A stretch of 64,000 bases of DNA from Pocillopora verrucosa (taxonomy: Eukaryota). Below are positions 22,385 through 35,668 of this stretch, in pieces. Positions within the stretch are counted from its first letter, which is position 1, and each line of letters starts with the position of its first letter. The notes under the pieces were generated by a model. The model saw only the letters and a list, made by a program, of their open reading frames with translations. It ran no database searches and had not been told where the DNA came from. The position numbers and the translations under genes were made by a program. The stretch spans positions 315,991 to 379,990 of the forward strand of contig NC_089312.1 of assembly GCF_036669915.1 (NCBI RefSeq). The letters are read 5' to 3'.

Positions 22385-25300
22385 AACTCGATGGCGCCAG
22401 CAATGGAGTATGTGTATTTATAACAGTTGTATCGAGAAGCTGTTGTTTTACTTTTATACTGAACAAAGTGAAAACATTAGCAACATGTGGTCTTTCTACA
22501 ATAAGATAAATATCAGTGAATAAATTAGATTTGTCCTATCAACGATGCTTTTTTTGTTAAGCAAAGTGGTAACGTATGACTGAAATTGGCATGTTAAATA
22601 GCAGTTAGTCTTGAAAATTTAATGATGTTTACAGACTTCAGATGGTACCCTCAATACCTTATTTTTTTAGAGATTAACATCGTGAATCGATGTAGCACAA
22701 ACAATCGCGATTTAATAGTTTTCCTCTCGAGTTGTGACATATAAGATAAAAACAAGGGATGATTTTGTTTGTGGTGGTGCATCAACGCGTCAAACCAACT
22801 CAAAAGTGAAATTAAACTTAATTGCTTTTCATTTCCATGAGGCTTGGTAAGTCCTTACCAGGAACCTTAGGCTAACTTTATGAAATGAGTCCTAGAAAAC
22901 ACCGTTATGACTGAATTTTAAAGACAGAATATTTTTCTTAGAGTATTCTCGTTAACAAACATTGGAAACCTATTGCTGTGTCTCAAGACAATATCGATCA
23001 GCATTTTTTCTTGGTTTTCGTTAATCAGTTGTTGATGAAAACTGTGCAGCTGTTTTTGAAATAAAAGATTGGCTTTCTTTGTCATTGGATTGACTTCCTC
23101 AGACGAAAAAAATTATATAAAACCGCAAATAGGTTTGAACTCCTGAAAACTTACGAGTGTGGCAAAGTGACACAAAATTCAAGGGAGAGTTTTTAAAGAG
23201 GGAATTGAGTTATAGAGATTCGTTCAAGATTGACATTTTTTATTATCAGTTATTCCCATTCTAAATCAGACCGAAATCAGACCGGGCAATTTTCTGTATT
23301 TGAAAAACACCCAAAAACAGTGTAACCGTCTTGTCTTGAAAACTAAATGACTGTTGTTTACGAAATCTCGATGTTAACGTGGGGACACAATTTATACATA
23401 ACACTTGATTATAGAGATAGTGCGTAAGGAAACAAAATAAGATTGAGTATTACAAAATGCCAAGCTCGGATATAAAAAAGGTCCACAGAAATGAAATCAC
23501 AAGTACTATTGTGGAAGGAAGAGAGATAAAATGTACGCTACGATTTTTGAAGCTGCAGTGGTTTGGGATATGCAATTTTAGGAGTCTCTTGCGCTAAGAA
23601 TTAATTAGTGTGACATTTTGGAAGAACACATTTTAAGTCCTTTTTAACAGCTCATAATGTAACTTACCGGTCTTACTATCAAAATAACTTATTTATCATA
23701 ACTTCAGTTCAAGAAAAACCCGGCCAGAGAAGAGGCAATGTGGGAGAATCCTATTTTGAGCGGAGTCTGCCGAGATCTTCTTTGCCGTTGAAGTACGAGG
23801 CCTTTGTCTTTTGCTTTTCCGGCTTTTAGTGAGAATTGACATTTCTGAAAGGAGACTGATTAGTAGTATCATATTTCGCAGAAAGTAATTTGCAATCCAT
23901 TTTCACTTCTTTCAACAGATATATCAACGCACGACCACAAACGAAGTTGTTGTTTCCCCCAGATGCATTAGACATTTCGAAGCTGAAATACAGTTTTATG
24001 ACACTAACTGCAAACGAGTGCGAGAGGAGTTGTAATAAATTGAGCCAACAGTTTAGCCTACGGCTCCCAGTTACTTGGCATAAAATTTTTAATTACATTG
24101 CTTGCGATAACCACCAAGTTATCTCTAAGGTAGAATTAAATCTTAGGTATATTTTTCGAAAAAAGTGAAGGGATACGTGAATTTTTGTCTCGATATTTAT
24201 CTGTGGATGAAAAAAAAGAAATATTTTTATTTGATGAGTCTCGTGTTTCTATAATAACGTAGATGCTGACCTCAGATCACTGTGCGGTTGTCGCATGTTG
24301 TAGAAGGTACAGTTTGTCGAGGGTTAACCAAACGATAAGTGCCCTGTGTGGTAGTCCTCTCAGCGCTAGGTTCTCTATGCGATAAATAGGTTCAGGTGTT
24401 ACGTGCCCTGTCCTAGAGGTTCACCAAATGCTAGACAACCCATGCAGATGGTTCGCTTCCTTGTCTACAAGCTTCGGCAAATGCTGGGTCTCCTGCTTGG
24501 TAGGCTTATTTATCGTAAGGCACACTGTTCAACAGGTTCAATTCCTGCCGGGTACCCTGTATTGGTATTGTAGGTCTACTTTACCTTACGGCAGAATGTT
24601 CTAGGTGCAAATATTGTGGCTACACACTGTGGGTGGTTTCTTATAAGGGGTTAGGGTTTATTACACAGCACAAAAATCCTACAGAATTAAGAAAAAAAAC
24701 ATACTTTACTTTAATTGACCTCATTTCTAAAGAAGCAAAGGATCATCCTTTGCTTTTAACAAAGTACACATTCTTTTCCCAACTGGTTGCCAACTATCTA
24801 ACTGTTTTCTTCCTCTACGAGAACTGCGACAAAGCTACACATTTAGAAAAACTAGAATACATCAAACAAATAAAAGGCCTTAATAAAGCAGCAGAGCACA
24901 ATAAGAACAGCACAATGTTTGAATAATTTTTTGGAGTCCAAAATGAGCCGCTGTTTTTCGAACTGCTGTGTCACAGAACAACGATAGGAACTCTATTACG
25001 AATTGACAGCAACAAAGTTTACTGCTAGAAGTCTCCGCAGCACGTCAAGTTAGATCTGTCAGTTCCAAGATCATACATTGGTTTGATAAAGCTACCAAAA
25101 GATATGAAAACGCTAATCTACATTAACATAAGTTAATTGTTGTCATGCAGGCTACATTAAGGTACACGCACAAACTTAAATGAAAAACAACAACTAAAAA
25201 CGAATCAAAACAAACAACTTGTTCTTTTAACTTTCCTAAGAAGTAGGAAAAAACTAAAAATACTGACACTACTCTTATTTAAGTATACAGTGCACTTCTA

Positions 25301-27887
25301 AAGCAAATAAAATTAAAATAATCGATAGCAGTTGTGCTTGTTGATGTGTTTGATTATTTCAAACAAGTCGACAGTTTGGAATACCATTGAATCGCCTCCA
25401 CAGATCTGAGAAAATTCTCAGGATTTTAAACATCACTCAAAGCAACAAATTAAATTTTAAAAAAGCCCGTCTGTATTTGGGAGGTAACAGATTTTATCTT
25501 CGTTTAACAAAAATTAGAGTACTTTTCAATTGATCGTCATCACCAGGATCTATGATTGGTCAAGAAAAATTCGCGCGACTCTGTCAACCAATCAAATACA
25601 CAAAATCCTAACCAATCGTGATTCGGTCAGTCGCGTTTTCCCGCGCTTCAAAACGTTAGCTTGCTTTCACCCTGTGTTCTCATTTGCTTCTTGTTTCATT
25701 TTCTTTCTTTCCTTATGACTGGCCTTGGTGAAAACTCTGGCTGCAATTTTGTAACGTTCGAATGAAACACGCTCTAAAATACCTAAATTTTAAGTAATAT
25801 TAGACCTATGATTTCATATAATATATACACTTATATCAGCAACACAGTCCAGCCATAACATGGTCATATAGTTCAGCACACTAAGTTGAATTATGCTGGT
25901 GCAATACAAACCAATATGATAAAAATACGTCTTATTGCCTTAAAAATATATTTGTTATATTGTTCAGTAATCTAACTTCAATAAAATATGTTGACACACT
26001 TTAAAAATTAAGTTTGTATCACATACAGTACTAAGATGCCTTCCACCTCTATAAAAAAAATTATTACCCTTCAAAACTTCTACACATCCAGTAAAGAAAT
26101 AGACGGAACTTCTACGTATGAAATCTCCTTTGATGCTGACTTTATAAGAAATAAGTAAATTTTTCCTATCCACTAAAAGGTCATTAGCTGAATCAATTTA
26201 TCTTAGACCAATTTAAGTTTATAATTGAATAATGTCACCTTTTGAAAAAAAAAACGTGATTAATAGAACAAAAAGCGATACGATAATGTGGCAGTCCTCT
26301 AGTTTTTTTAGTAAAACCAAAAATACCCAGAGGACTGGGAGTATGAGTTTGTCACAATACAGTTACGAGATAACCTTACAAAGGCATTCTTATTATATGA
26401 GATCTTTTTAAGTTAACATGCTGACTATGAAAAGAAACCAGAAAATTACCCACTAAAAAGTCCTCAGACTAAACATCTTCTCCTAATATGATAAAAAACC
26501 GAAACAATCAGTGGTTACAACGATGTTGTTGTTGTTAAAACTGTTACAAACACTCGACCAAAACCCATCATGCAACGGTGCAAGAAGTGCAATAAGTACA
26601 GACATAGGAATTGTCTAGCAATTCACAATTTTTGATAAACTTTACGTAGTAAATAACACATAAGGAAAAAAAAGCAAAGAAATGAATCCCCAAGCTATGT
26701 TCTCTATCATTCATATTTCATTCTTTGTATGACAATATTAAACTTAAGTTTTCAAACTCGTTTCATTTGTCACCTTCTACTAATATTGACAACTTTAAAC
26801 TGTGGCAAATGTGGAAACAGTTAAATCAAAACACGGTGGCTTTATGAAGAGGTTCTTTCTTGACACTGTGGAGTAAACAGTTTCCACATGATGCTAAGTA
26901 AAAAAAGTCATTAATTTGGTAAAAATACTTTTCTCAGATCGCTATTACTTGGAAAATAATCTTGATTAAAATTCAGCAGGTAGCAATGCTATAAAAGCTA
27001 GTTTCATTTAGCTTAATTATTATTGTATCAACCAAAGTATGTAAATAAAACTTTTTGGATGTAAAAATGCTACCACTACTGGTTACGTGTAAACACGATG
27101 GAAAACCCCTAAGTAGGCATTTTATCTCTTACATCAAGTGAAATAAATTATAACTTTTTAAACATCTAATTAGATACTATTATAAGAAACATAAAAAAGT
27201 ATTTAAAATTGGGGGATTCTTCACTGGAATGTTTTCAGGGAAGTTCATGAATTTCTGCTTAATGTAAGCTTGTACTTCACAATTTAACAAAATCCTGAAA
27301 ACACAGTAACATTATGGACAGTGTTCCACTCATGGAAACTACATCAATGTTAAAAACATAATTTTATAAAACATTTAACATAATTTCAAATATGCATGGC
27401 TGGACTGTGTTATTGATATTAAAGTATTGAGAATTGAACTAAATTGTAGGAAAAATGTTTCAACTTATACTTAATTCTAAAATAGACAAACAAAAAAACT
27501 GCTACCTTCACCTTGAAGAAAAAATTATCACCCCGCAAGTCAGACATGGCAAAAAATTAGCCACAGATGACTGTCTTCACACCTTAGTATGAGATACTTA
27601 TCTGGAACAGATTAACCATGCCACCTTGTCAAAAAGTCCTAAAATATGACAGGACAAATGTATTGTGCTAAAGAAAGAGACATGTCGGGAAAGAAGGGTG
27701 TCTCTTTGAAGAACCTCTGAATACAATTCCTGTTTCCAAAGATTGCACATACCCAAATTTTCAATTGTTTCAGAAATACATCTTTTCACTTGCTGATATT
27801 ATTTTGGGTGAGAAGAAGAAGGCAAAGAGAGTAAGAGAGAGAAAGAGTAAAGCTGGAAGGCAAACATGATGAAAGAATATTAATGAT

Positions 27888-28362
27888 CTAGAAGAAATTT
27901 TTAACCACCAGTTTGATTTTCTTGCGGCACACTGGACATTTCTTTTTTTCTTCCTTTAGTCTCTCCGCACATCCAATGCAACACACAAGATGACCAGTTC
28001 TTCCATGAACAATACTAGCATTTCGAGGTTGCGTCAAGCAAATTATGCACAAGTCAGGTGTAAACCCTGATGCAGAGTTTTCATTGTTGAAGTTCTGTAG
28101 CAAAGTTTTGCTGGGATTTTCAGCTTTTGATGTAGTGTGATTTGAAGCATGAGACAGTCTTTCAGTATTCTCCTTTACTGATGAAGATGAACCCTCAATA
28201 TATGATGCAAGATTAGGAAGTGGCGCAACTGTTGATAATGCCACTGTTGAGGATGGATGGTCAATGGTTGGTGTAACGGCAAGTGATGAAGATTTTTGTA
28301 GAGAATGTGAGCATGATTTGTCTGTTGATCCTGTTAAATCTATATTAGGTTCTGAAGTCAAT
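27888..28362 (-). CDS. MDM2: MDM2 terminal exon: Ser-rich linker + C-terminal RING finger; stop at 27888-27890
   Basis: CIICLTQPRNASIVHGRTGHLVCCIGCAERLKEEKKKCPVCRKKIKLVVKNFF vs MDM2 [54 protein letters not shown]. All Zn ligands are conserved. Acceptor TTTTCTATTTATAG at 28363-28376. Confidence 0.9.
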
Positions 28363-29383
28363 CTATAAATAGAAAAGAGAAATGTAAAAATACCTTAGAT
28401 AGTACTGCTTCCATATTGGTTGTGGTTATGTCAAGCTATCATGAACCTGAGTTTCGGACTCAATTCAAACACCTCAAATCAAAACTTACTGTCGAGTTAC
28501 TGAAAATGAACAGATAGATTCCATGTTGCTGTGCCTGTTTGGCAAAAGATCACAGATGACATCACAATGTGGAAAACAAAAAGGGACATACAATGTACAG
28601 CCGAGTGTGTCACTGATGTTCTTGCCACATCATAAAGTCTTCTGTAATCTTTAACTGTACAGACCCTCAACAACATTAAAATTCTACAAAAGCAAAATGT
28701 TGATAATGATGATGTCATCTATGTGTCCATTCTCCAATACCCAGTCAAAATGCATGTAAAACTACAAATTAAACTGAATGTGTACAGACCTTTTCAATGT
28801 AGGCAGCCAGGCATGTCTCTCAATCCAGCAACGAGCACATCGGGGAGAAAATGGATGGTTTTTCAAGTCACAATGTGAGCATGCCCAAAAGTCATCTTCA
28901 TCAAATTCTGAATCAGATTCCCTATCCCCTTCATACTCATCTCCTCCTTCAGCCCCAGGATCCTCTTCTGAACTGGTTATATTTTCTTATAGAGAACAGT
29001 AAAAGCCAATGAGTATTGAGTTCAAATACTGTTACATATCTACCTCAATTCTGTTTTTTCTCTGTTCAAGGTCCTAGGGATGACTTCTCACTATGGTAAA
29101 AGTTACTTGGGCATCTCAAAGGTTTATCCAAAATTTCACGTAATTCAACTTGTGAAAATGCCTTTGCACTAAAATGTACACATTGAACTCTGCAGCTCAA
29201 TATCTCTTGCTCTGTACTAAACAAACCATCCCAGACAACACTTTGAATCAGCCCCTCTAGAAGGATGGGAACAAACATTCCATGGAAATTAAATATAATT
29301 ACAATTTTGGTTCCTATGACTTCACATTTATTTCTGATAAATGTTGGCAAGTTGGTGATTCCAGCAGAAGACTTATGTACCAT
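27888..29383 (-). CDS. MDM2: MDM2-family E3 ubiquitin ligase homolog (gene-level span; three recognisable coding exons)
   Basis: N-terminal SWIB/p53-binding-like exon, acidic + RanBP2 zinc-finger exon, and C-terminal RING exon all on the minus strand in correct order. The ZnF and RING exons splice in frame (AG + A = Arg). Confidence 0.85.
28790..28972 (-). CDS. MDM2: MDM2 exon: acidic region + RanBP2-type C4 zinc finger (acceptor ATAACCAG at 28973-28980, donor GAAAAG|GTCTGT at 28789)
   Basis: SSEEDPGAEGGDEYEGDRESDSEFDEDDFWACSHCDLKNHPFSPRCARCWIERHAWLPTLK vs MDM2 [34 protein letters not shown]. Confidence 0.85.
29066..29383 (-). CDS. MDM2: MDM2 exon: start codon + SWIB/p53-binding-like domain (3' donor position uncertain, candidates CATA|GTGAGA ~29087)
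   Basis: ATG 29381-29383. ...GMFVPILLEGLIQSVVWDGLFSTEQEILSCRVQCVHFSAKAFSQVELREILDKPL aligns with MDM2 [52 protein letters not shown] (FSxxExRxI motif). Confidence 0.65.
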   Translation of the reverse strand: MVHKSSAGITNLPTFIRNKCEVIGTKIVIIFNFHGMFVPILLEGLIQSVVWDGLFSTEQEILSCRVQCVHFSAKAFSQVELREILDKPLRCPSNFYHSEKSSLGP

Positions 29384-29441
29384 AAGTTCCCTCTTATATG
29401 TTCTTTGACCAACTGCTTAAAAATGCAAACAATGTTTGCTA

Positions 29442-31517
29442 TCACAAACCAGTATCACTTTCATCGTCATCTTCCTCTTCTTCCTCAGGTTCTTCTGTGT
29501 CAGAATCAGGAGGCTCATATTCCACAGTCTCAACATCTCCTACAACAAAATAAATATACATCAGCCTATCATAGTTAAGTAAGAAATTGACCAAAAAAAA
29601 AGGGGCTGCACCCCTTCCTAAAAGGTTGCATGTACCTCATCTGTAACCACCCCTTGCTCTTTACAAAAATGACAAATCAGATGAGTAACTTTCAAATATT
29701 ACTGACATAAAAAGATAAGTTTACAAATTATCACTTCTTAGGAGAAATTACAGCTGATCTTTATAGATCCCTCAAAGTAAATTTTAGTCTTCCCTTCTTT
29801 ACAGCTCAAGTGCACAAAAGTAACATTATTTCAGCAAAGCAGTACTTAACCCTTTGACTCTAATGAGAGACCAAGACAGAATTTCTCCTTACAATATCAA
29901 TACAAAATCAAGTATATTACTGATGAGAGTAAATAAAAATATGAATTTGGGGTTTATTGGTTGATTTAATGCCAAAGCCCCTTACTAACATGATAAGAAT
30001 ATGAAGGCAGACAGCATAGAGAATTACTAATATGATCATCGGACTGAAAGGGTTAAATGTTGCAGGTTTTAAGAAGATGCTAACTTGCATACCATTCAGA
30101 AAAAAGAGATCATCTTCAGAGTCAGTCACAATAGCAGTCACAGCAGACTCGTAACCTTTCACAAAGTAAACTGTGCTGGATGATTCAGACACTTCACTCT
30201 CACTTTCTGATGCTCTTGTTGATTTGAACCCAATACACCAAGGAATTCGCTCTGGAGGACTGTAACTACCTTTCACCCCAAGAACATCTGGAAAACAAGA
30301 AAAACACTCCAGGTTAAAGTTCAATATGACAGTCAGATTTATTTTTGCTATGAAACATACAAGTAACACACTTAGTAGAGTTGTCTACAATTGCAGAAAT
30401 CAATTAAGACATGGTTTTATACCACAATTAGTGTGTATTTCACTCTAAATACACCAGCATTAAGAATCATGATTTTATAATGAAACTAACTGGCAACTTG
30501 ACAATTAAGTGGTCTGTTTATGAATGATGTTCTAATGACATCATGCACAGCAAGATATCATGTACTTTGGTCTTGGCCTTCAAAGGTAGAGAAGGGAATT
30601 TTCAAATCAAATACCCAAAAACAGGGAACACTTAAGAAGATAATCGGTTCAACTTTATCAACAAAACTGTTCATAGTTGAAATTGCATCTCAGGGCACAA
30701 CCTTTGGCAGATGACAAATATTTTTTATCAGTTAAATTCCTTCATAAAATAACCAAATATTTTTTAAATTACAAATAATGAGATTGGATCAGTTTATCCA
30801 ATTGAAACTAATTTCCTTTTGAAGCAAGAAAGCTGACCACAAAAATACATCTAAAGAAAGCATCTCCATACCTGTCCATGATCCTCGTTTTCTTTTTCTA
30901 CCTTCCACACTTTTCTTCTTACCAAAGCCTCCTGTATTATTTAAAACAATTAAGGTATAATGGGTCTTTCAGTAACCTGCCAAAACTGAATGTGGGCCAC
31001 AAACTGGCATGACAGCATTTCAACCTTATTGATCTCTTCAAATCTCATAACAGAATTATATCATTACTTGCATTTCACATTCAAATGCTGTAAACATTAC
31101 TCTGAAAGAACAATATATTTATACCTTGTGGTTAACTCTCCTTACAGAGAACATTTAGTCAGATTGCCATAAGAGGATTAAAGATAAACATTCTGCTCAG
31201 TACTACCATAATATTTACTGTAAGAGGGTGCTTAACAATAGATGACAATGTTTTTCATCCTATACTAAATTGCAGGAAGTAGTTGCTTTATTAAGTTAAG
31301 AGAGGACACACTTTTTCACACGCACTGAGTTGGTATGTTCAAGGATGGCTTAATGACATGTTGCAAAAACATGTCTGTGATAATAAAAATGAAAAATGTT
31401 AGATGCTAGTTATAACATGCTCATAGTCATGGTGCTAATTTGGACACTATAAACATTGAACATTGGTTACCTTGCTCATTGTCTGAACTATCACACTGTG
31501 GACCAATCCGTATCTCA
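29442..31517 (-). CDS. Unidentified gene immediately upstream of MDM2: NLS-containing protein with acidic C-terminal tail (exons 31471-31517, 30852-30932, 30093-30287, 29442-29538; all phase-consistent)
   Basis: Spliced reading: ...EIRIGPQCDSSDNEQ|GGFGKKKSVEGRKRKRGSWT|DVLGVKGSYSPPERIPWCIGFKSTRASESESEVSESSSTVYFVKGYESAVTAIVTDSEDDLFFLN|GDVETVEYEPPDSDTEEPEEEEEDDDESDTGL*. Donors/acceptors: GAGCAAG|GTAACC, AATAATACAG|, GGACAG|GTATGG, TTTTCCAG|, GAATG|GTATGC, TTGTTGTAG|. Stop TGA at 29442-29444. More 5' exons likely lie upstream. Confidence 0.5.
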
Positions 31518-34500
31518 CTAGAGAAATCAAATAAATAAACATTCATGAATATAAATTAGTACAGCTTTAACTGACTGATGAATTAAGTAACACTCCTTCA
31601 AATTGGTCCATGAATTTCATTAAAGATCTGTTTTCATGAATGTATGGTGAGGTCATATGACTGTAATCTGACAAACAGAAACAATAGAATTGAGTTACAA
31701 CAAAAAGAAGGTGGGTGAAAGGATTAACCTTTGAGCTCTGAGATGTTTCATAACAGTTGGTTTTAGAGATCCCAACTTTTCCATGCACAAGGTCACACAA
31801 ACAACAAAACATAAATAACTTGTTTAGTTAAATCATACTAAAAGCCTCACATAAATAACATTAAATTAAGAGACAATTATTGGTACAAGGAAGCTTGTCA
31901 CATCATGGATAGATGTCCAAAATCTTAGTGCAATTTTCAGCAAAGTTATCATCTCAGAGAGAGCTTGCCTCTATTTTAAGGTACATTGACATAAATAACC
32001 ATGGCCCCTAAAAATTGTGTTCAGTACAGTTTCCAAACCATGAATCTTTCACCCTTTTCCAAAATCTCTCCATGTACATCCAATTCACAAACCACATATG
32101 TGTAGACTGGATTTCACCTTTTAAATCAATAAGGGTGAAACATAAAGTGCACCTTTTAAGTGCTACCAAGTGTCTTACTCCTTAACAAACAAAGGGGAAT
32201 TTTGGTCTATTTTGACAATCTTGGCATGATCAAATCCCTTATTCTCATAATTAACTAGTATTGGAAAGGAAATAAAGGGAGGAAGGTTTTTCCAGCTGCT
32301 TGGGACTTTTAAAAAACTGCATGAAATAGATGTACAATATAATAGTTTGCACTGCACATTAAAAATTCCAATCAGTTGTTCCAGTTATGTTTTATAATGG
32401 GCTTGCCCATTATGTTCTGTTGAAAGAATGAAATAAACATTTTTACTCCACCCTGATAACCCAGGGAGCATGCCAAGGCCAGCCCAAGAAGAGCCCTTAT
32501 CTTTTTGCTGTAGAAAAAAAAACAGGCATGGGGCATTAAAATAGCGTTATAAAAATAGAGAAAAATTTGCATAAGCTAATTGGTGCAATGCTGTGCTGCT
32601 CCAACACTAATTCACCAGTTTTCATGAAGTCCTACAATAAATTCACAACCTATGCTATTTTGCACACCAGTTTGCTAGAACCTCTACTATTTATCAATTC
32701 ACTGTGCTTAATGAATATAACCTAATTGGGGGATTGCATTTATAGCAGTGAATGCATCAAGGAAAAAATCTGGTAGCCCTAATTCAGATGCAGATAAAAA
32801 AAAATGTGAGTTTGTATAATTTAGCAACATATAACATTTAAACTCATATTATTTGAAAGCAGTGAACCAAATCTAAATGAACGGTTGAGATTGTTTCGCT
32901 GGAGTGACCACGTTTTTCTAATAGCACTAGGGCAGTTGTTCAGACTCGTTCGATTGACAAGCCTCGACTTGTCCTAGGTATCAATACCGTAGTGATGCAG
33001 CCATCAGGATGGAATGCTAATGTCATTTATTGGCGATCGTAGATCACGAACGACATCTTTAAGCCTCTATACCGTGCATTTAACAGTTCGGTAACTTATT
33101 TTGCACCACGCTCTCCTAGGTCAACAACATGTAAATGCAAATAAAATAACACGAGGTCTTGCTTTGTGAAGCGAAAAGCAGTGTGCTGTTGACGAGATAA
33201 AAGTATTGCAGCGTTTATCAGACGATGTAAGCCACTAAGTACCGAAAGATTTTGAGCTCTTAATATCGCTAAAAGAATGTCAAGATCGGCAAGAAGATGA
33301 AAAAAAGAAAAAAAAAAATAAACCCAATCACATCACACAACACACTGATCGAATGTAAGATGAGGGCAAAACAGTGGGTTGGTTCCTGGGTCACTTGGAC
33401 GAAAAATGAGAAGAATAATTCAGAATCTTAACAGCAAGGCTCTTATGATAACAAACAGATGTTCTGAGGTCTGATTGAGAGGGAAAGGAAAGTAAAAACA
33501 GAGATGCCAAGAAATTAGATACGGTCTGGCGTTGAGCGTGGGAAAACGACCTTTAACATTTTGCTATAGCCGCGTCAGTCGTCGGCTAGAGCCATAATCC
33601 GGGCTTTATTTCAATTTGCGTAGTGCGATTGAGGAATAATAATTCTTCACAGATAAGTAGAATGAGTCTTCAACAAATACACATGTTTGAGATACCTCCG
33701 ACGAAAATGAAAGGCCATAACGTGTAACTCGACCTCTTCACATGGGACAACAGATTATGTTCATGTAACTCGCGTATTAATGAATGGACAAAACCTTTCT
33801 TGAACAATCAACTCATCACCTAAGATTCACTGACCTCTAAAATTCGAGTGAAATTCTTACGTTTCTAAATAGCTAAGGGCGCGAAAATTCTCGGCTTACA
33901 TTTCCCAAGTGTATTTTAGCGTGGGTACCATTCTGTGAAGATTTCGGATATGTCCTTTCACGTCCCAAGATATAGCGCGGCGAGAACTGTGGTATTCACA
34001 GCAATGGAAAACAGGGAAACGGCGAAATTACTTAATTAAAATGTATCCCGAGTTAAATGTTTGCCGTGGATTTTGTAATCAATGGGAGATTTCGCCATAA
34101 CTTTTCCATGCGATTACAAAAAAATATTCACGGTTGAATTTTACATTCAAAATATTGCAAAACAAATGTCTGTTTAGCTGACTATCACAATCACATTATT
34201 CAAGCAACCCTTGCGCAAAATTACCGATAAAATCAAGGAAATTACTAAAGAGAGCAAAAAGGTTGGGCTTACAAACAACAGCAAGATGTGAATTGCGGAC
34301 AAGCCGACTTCGCTCTGAAGGAAGTTATAGTAACACTACTTATCGATACACTTGGGGCTCCCGATGACAAAATTTATCAAACAACTAGACTCATAAATAG
34401 TTGAAAGTACAGTCTAACTTACCAAGCCTTCTGCTCGACCAAAGCGCCATCCATAACCTTCTTATCAGTCCCTTCACTCCACGCTCACCGATACACATGA

Positions 34501-35640
34501 ACGTTCATATCCTTGCTTTCGGTCCATGGACTTCGAAGACAAATGCTTCTACACTTAGGAGAATTTCATACTGATCCTCATCCAAATTTTCAGCTGAAAC
34601 ACTGCTAGATTTTCTAAAACAATTCTCTTCTCTTTTTCGTTGAGAAAAACCTCTCTCGAACAAAAGGAATTTAGAAATAAACGACAAAACCAGGTATAAA
34701 TTGGTATCAAAAAGAAATAATGTTGTTCAGTATTCGGTTCGAAACCAGTAGTTCGAACCCTCGATGGACTTGAATTTCTCCCAAATGGCGCCGGAAGCTG
34801 GGCACCTCGCACCGGATACCAAGGCTTGACAATGAGCGAACTTGTCCAAGCATGTCCTGATTATCATTGGCTGTTTAAATTTTAATCTTGGTGCTGATTG
34901 GTCTGTTTTTGACAGCTTTCTTTTAGAGCTATTTCACTTTCGCGCGCTTTTTATCAGCTAGTTATCAATGGCAATTTCGCGCGCATCAGTGCCCTTGTTG
35001 ACCTTATTTTGTCAGTCGGAACGCTTTCGCTCACCAACCGCAAATTGTTTTGCTTGAACAGGTCGAAACATGAATTTTGACCTGAAAGAGAAATTTCTGT
35101 AAAAAGAAAACGAATTTTTTCTTTTTTTTTTAGAAATGAATAGATATGAATCAAGGCTTCTTCAACAGCCTTCAAGAGCGACTTTTTAAAGTAAAAATTA
35201 GAGCAGACAAAGTTTGGTGTACTCAAAAAGTGGCGTGAGCAACAATGAAAATAAACTTTATCATTCCACCTTACTTACGGCGCCCTTCAAGTAAATTATC
35301 CTAAATTGGATGGTTACGTGATTAACATAAATGCAAACATTTTAATGTCGCTTGGCATCAATTCATCCCCTCTGCTTTAGTGGGAATGTTTTGTTTTGCC
35401 AAATATTTTCATTAAAACTAGTCCCTCTTGGTATGTTTGCAATCCGTGGATTTTTTAAAATCTATGCGATGAAAATGTGAAATCTGTTTCCCCTCTTACT
35501 GTTTTCTCCTTAGTACAAAATTTCAATTGGCATTTATTGAAACCTGTGATGCCTCGTTGGGGTGAAATAAGGGGACAAGAGTGCAACCTTTTTTTTTTGG
35601 ACAGACGTTTTCATTGATTGATTGATTGGATTTTTTGAGT

Positions 35641-35668
35641 TTGGGGGTGGGGGGGGGGGGGGGGGGGA
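35641..35668. repeat. Long poly-G tract (5G + ~19G); similar tracts at 21406-21422, 40008-40030, 61160-61178
   Basis: tgggggtgggggggggggggggggggaagg. Homopolymer G runs >=15 are unusual in an AT-rich background. Confidence 0.8.

Noticed and set aside
29917-30369. 150-aa minus-strand ORF as a single CDS
   Set aside because: Only its central part (30093-30287) is exonic, bounded by a strong acceptor and donor. The rest is intronic read-through.
34725-34765. ggttcgaaaccagtagttcgaaccc resembling tRNA T-loops
   Set aside because: There is no upstream A-box/D-arm or acceptor pairing, so it is probably chance or a degraded repeat fragment.
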